Source of the DNA: a virus
Taxonomy: Duplodnaviria; Heunggongvirae; Uroviricota; Caudoviricetes; Herelleviridae
IMG/VR virus record: IMGVR_UViG_2706795655_000001
Strand: one strand, 5' to 3'
Length of the DNA stretch: 34,998 nucleotides
Part shown: positions 32,523-34,998 of the stretch, piece after piece
Position numbering within the stretch: the stretch's first letter is position 1
How the letters are laid out: every line of letters starts with the position of its first letter
Notes under the pieces: generated by a model
What the model was told of the DNA's origin: nothing
What the model saw: only the letters and a program-made list of their open reading frames with translations
Database searches by the model: none
Made by a program: the position numbers and the translations under genes

Positions 32523-33311
32523 AATAGACTGACAATTTTGAAAACATGAAGGTTATATCCTAATAGTAAGATGTGAGAGTTGTCAGAATATTGTATACAA
32601 CTTGCTAAACATTTTCTGTCTAACCACATGTTAAATGATATGCATGTGAAATGCAATACGTGACAAAAAGTAAAACTATTCCTAATATTCGCAATTATCA
32701 GATAACTATATTATATATAATAAGAGAATGATTATAATGTGCAGAATAGTCTGACAATTAGGATAGGTATGCTGCTGGAATAGACAGAATAGTCAGATAA
32801 CTATAATGATTATAATTTATATAATATTCTGATAATTCTAAATACTTTAGAATAGTTGTCTAAATAGTCAGATAATTATAGTTATTCTAAATAAGCCGAT
32901 AGCATGTATTTATTAGAATAGTCTGACAATTTAGTAAGACTTATATTGTAATCATTATAATGTACTGACAATTCTGAATACTTGACATATATAATAGAGT
33001 GTGGTATATATGCGGGAATGTCTAGATTGTAGTTATTATACTGTATATAATATTCTGACAATTTACAAATACCCAAAAATACTCGGAGCCGGGAAGCCTT
33101 GCTATGACTGGATTTAAGGAGCCATTTTGCTTGTACGGGGTTCTAGTGACCTAGTTAATACACTTATGAGGGGTGGAGCTTAAAAACGCTCTACGAGGCT
33201 GTGAGAGGCTTTAAAATAGAATTTGACAAACTAATAGATATGTGGTATATACACACGCGCTTGTACATGTGTTATATAGAGGGAATAGTTGTATACAATA
33301 TTCTGAAAATT
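32523..33311. promoter_or_regulatory. Cluster of 11 CodY-box-like 15-mers in a non-coding AT-rich region
   Basis: Matches to AATTTTCWGAAAATT at 32523 (11/15), 32578 (12), 32693 (12), 32745 (12), 32788 (11), 32823 (13), 32863 (12), 32917 (12), 32959 (12), 33049 (13), 33297 (14). The repeat is certain; its binder is inferred. Confidence 0.6.
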
Positions 33312-33348
33312 TAGAATAGTTTTATTTTAATTATTTGTCATAAAGGGC

Positions 33349-33377
33349 TTGTCAATTGCGTATAATAGTATTAAGAT
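33349..33377 (+). promoter_or_regulatory. Sigma-A promoter
   Basis: TTGTCA-17-TAAGAT. Confidence 0.6.
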
Positions 33378-33418
33378 AGAGTTAGTTAGAGCGAACGACA
33401 ACGGCTTGAAAATAGTTG

Positions 33419-33447
33419 TTGACTTTTAGTAAAGTACATATTATAAT
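33419..33447 (+). promoter_or_regulatory. Sigma-A early promoter (cassette family)
   Basis: TTGACT-17-TATAAT followed by the cassette RBS. Confidence 0.9.
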
Positions 33448-33480
33448 AAAATTAACTTAAGAAAAGGGAGATGTTGAGAT

Positions 33481-34092
33481 ATGAAAAAAGTAAATGCACA
33501 CGCTATGGAATTAGGTTTAGAGGTTATTGTAGAAACGAAAGGCGGTTTCACTATCGAAGGGAAAATCATTGACTACACTATGAGCCGTAATTATATCTGG
33601 GTTGAAAATAAGGTTGATATCTACCAAATTAATACAGAGGTTGACAGTGTATTCGAAGCCTCTGCAATGCATGTACCTGCTGATATGGTTGAGTCTTATC
33701 AGGCTGTACTAGAAGAGGATAGCGAGGAGTATATCCGAGCTAATAGCCATACATTACCGGCGGAGGATGTCCTTACAATGAAGGAGCTAAAATCCAAAAT
33801 TAAAGAAGAACTTAAGAAGCCGGAATATAGACGCGCTGATATCGAGTCTGTCAAGGTTGCGGTATTCAATAGCTCGGAGGGTTCTGTCCGTATTGATGGG
33901 GAATGGATTGAGAATATTGAATGTTGGGATTGTGAGGTACACATAGAGCTTGACAATGGAGAACCTGTATTCGAAACGTTCGGAACGTTCTACAATGAAG
34001 AGGACGCGGTTAAATATGCTCGTGATATGCGTGTCAAGTTAAACCGCGCTACTTACGATATTACTGATAAGGTTTGGGTATACACTTGCTAG
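33481..34092 (+). CDS. Acidic early protein, 203 aa
   Basis: Cassette promoter + AAAAGGGAG RBS; no motif recognised. Confidence 0.8.
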   Translation: MKKVNAHAMELGLEVIVETKGGFTIEGKIIDYTMSRNYIWVENKVDIYQINTEVDSVFEASAMHVPADMVESYQAVLEEDSEEYIRANSHTLPAEDVLTMKELKSKIKEELKKPEYRRADIESVKVAVFNSSEGSVRIDGEWIENIECWDCEVHIELDNGEPVFETFGTFYNEEDAVKYARDMRVKLNRATYDITDKVWVYTC

Positions 34093-34132
34093 TATGCCCA
34101 GCTAGTACTATAGTTATAATATTCTGACAATT
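34086..34132 (+). promoter_or_regulatory. Sigma-A promoter with a CodY-like box over its start site
   Basis: TTGCTA-17-TATAGT (34086-34114); AATATTCTGACAATT at 34118-34132. Confidence 0.5.
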
Positions 34133-34151
34133 TAAAAGGAGATGTTTATAT

Positions 34152-34310
34152 ATGGAAAAGTTAATTCGTGAACGTGCAGAGGCTTTATTAAATAGTAAAG
34201 GTGCTAACATGGGTAATAACGAACTATTAGCATATTGCAAATCATTTTCCCGCGCTCATGATTGGGATTTAGACTTGACTATCGATATTATGTTCAAAGT
34301 GTTTAGATGA
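34152..34310 (+). CDS. 52-aa protein (not in ORF track)
   Basis: AAAAGGAG RBS; MEKLIRERAEALL. Confidence 0.65.
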   Translation: MEKLIRERAEALLNSKGANMGNNELLAYCKSFSRAHDWDLDLTIDIMFKVFR

Positions 34311-34343
34311 TATTAAAACTACTATATAAAGGGGTTGTCTATT

Positions 34344-34643
34344 ATGATAAACAAATATAATGCTGGTGACTTGGTTGTGTGTGATTGGGGTTCGAATAAG
34401 GGTAAATTATATATCATTATTAAGGTATTGACAGATAAGAATATATATGCTTGTAAAGAGTATCATATGATGGATTCTAAATACTATGCATATAATGACA
34501 TGACTCTAACACCTTGTACTATGGAGTATTTGTCCGCGCTTCCTGTCCTGCATCTTTCCGCACTTAAGACAGACCTTCGCAATATGAAGTTTTATAACTC
34601 TGCTGGAATGGTAATGAATGCAGTTAATAAGGTATATGTTTAA
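34344..34643 (+). CDS. Hypothetical protein, possible N-terminal SH3/KOW-like barrel
   Basis: AAGGGG RBS 9 nt before ATG 34344; YNAGDLVV..KGKLYIIIKV. Confidence 0.6.
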   Translation: MINKYNAGDLVVCDWGSNKGKLYIIIKVLTDKNIYACKEYHMMDSKYYAYNDMTLTPCTMEYLSALPVLHLSALKTDLRNMKFYNSAGMVMNAVNKVYV

Positions 34644-34693
34644 TCATAAATATAATAGATTGTCAACTACTATATATAAGGGAGCTGGTATAT

Positions 34694-34861
34694 ATGAAAC
34701 GTATTCTAAAGGCTATTACAGGGCTATATAATCGCTTGGTATGTAAGGAGGCTAACACTATTGATAATACTATAGAGCGCATGCAGGAGGGCGTGAGAGC
34801 CTATAATACTACTATTGATGTTATTATTAGTCAGAATGCTAATCTATTAAATAGTAAATGA
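34694..34861 (+). CDS. 55-aa protein (not in ORF track)
   Basis: AAGGGAG RBS; MKRILKAITGLYNRL. Confidence 0.55.
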   Translation: MKRILKAITGLYNRLVCKEANTIDNTIERMQEGVRAYNTTIDVIISQNANLLNSK

Positions 34862-34998
34862 ATATCTCAATCCATAAATATGCTAGATTGTCAACTATTA
34901 TTTTGTCAACCCTTTTCTATATTCAATTTCATAGATATAACCCACCCCGTCCTATATAGACCATACGTTCGGGGTACCTCCATGCCACTCGCCTACCC

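Noticed and set aside
1367-33956. Many minus-strand and alternate-frame ORFs in the track (e.g. 1367-1738, 4979-5389, 5461-6126, 10577-10996, 13374-13715, 17906-18172, 29746-30057, 32882-33076, 33699-33956)
   Set aside because: They lie opposite or inside well-supported genes, lack RBSs and show the S/L/F-rich shadow composition of antisense frames.
1-34998. Host parS sites (as used by phi29 for spore entrapment), tRNA genes, rRNA, IS elements
   Set aside because: None recognised by eye; a tRNAscan/parS motif search would be needed to exclude them fully.
34880-34998. GC-rich window end as the genome terminus, and a leftward TTGACA-18-TAGCAT promoter at 34880-34909
   Set aside because: The window edge may be arbitrary, termini cannot be inferred without read data, and the promoter match is weak.

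Overview
A 35-kb segment of a large lytic Bacillus phage, most likely Herelleviridae of the Bastille/SPO1 type. This is inferred from gene content and the dense array of host sigma-A promoters; no database search was run. Nearly all real genes are on the + strand, except two antisense HNH endonucleases. (1) 1-2.9 kb: a metallo-beta-lactamase-fold gene resembling the anti-Pycsar nuclease Apyc1, plus unknown genes. (2) 2.95-9.76 kb: a module bounded by a terminator and an early promoter. It contains phased parC-like repeats, a ParM-like actin, a ParR-like RHH protein, a VirB2/TrbC-pilin-like protein, a VirB6/TrbL-like polytopic membrane protein, two single-TM peptides and an FtsK/SpoIIIE ATPase without its own membrane domain. 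It is split by an HNH gene and looks like a DNA partition-plus-translocation machine in a lytic phage. (3) 9.8-22.3 kb: small early/accessory genes, including Cys-rich microproteins, three paralog pairs, an Rnl2-type RNA ligase, a lipoprotein and a P-loop protein. (4) 22.3-35 kb: a host-takeover-like block. Almost every gene to about 30 kb follows a copy of a ~65-bp promoter+RBS cassette; one gene encodes an Ocr-like DNA mimic. A ~0.9-kb non-coding stretch is packed with CodY-box-like 15-mers. No tRNA, rRNA, CRISPR array or IS element was recognised. Family assignments come from motif recognition and remembered sequences and need HMM or structure searches.
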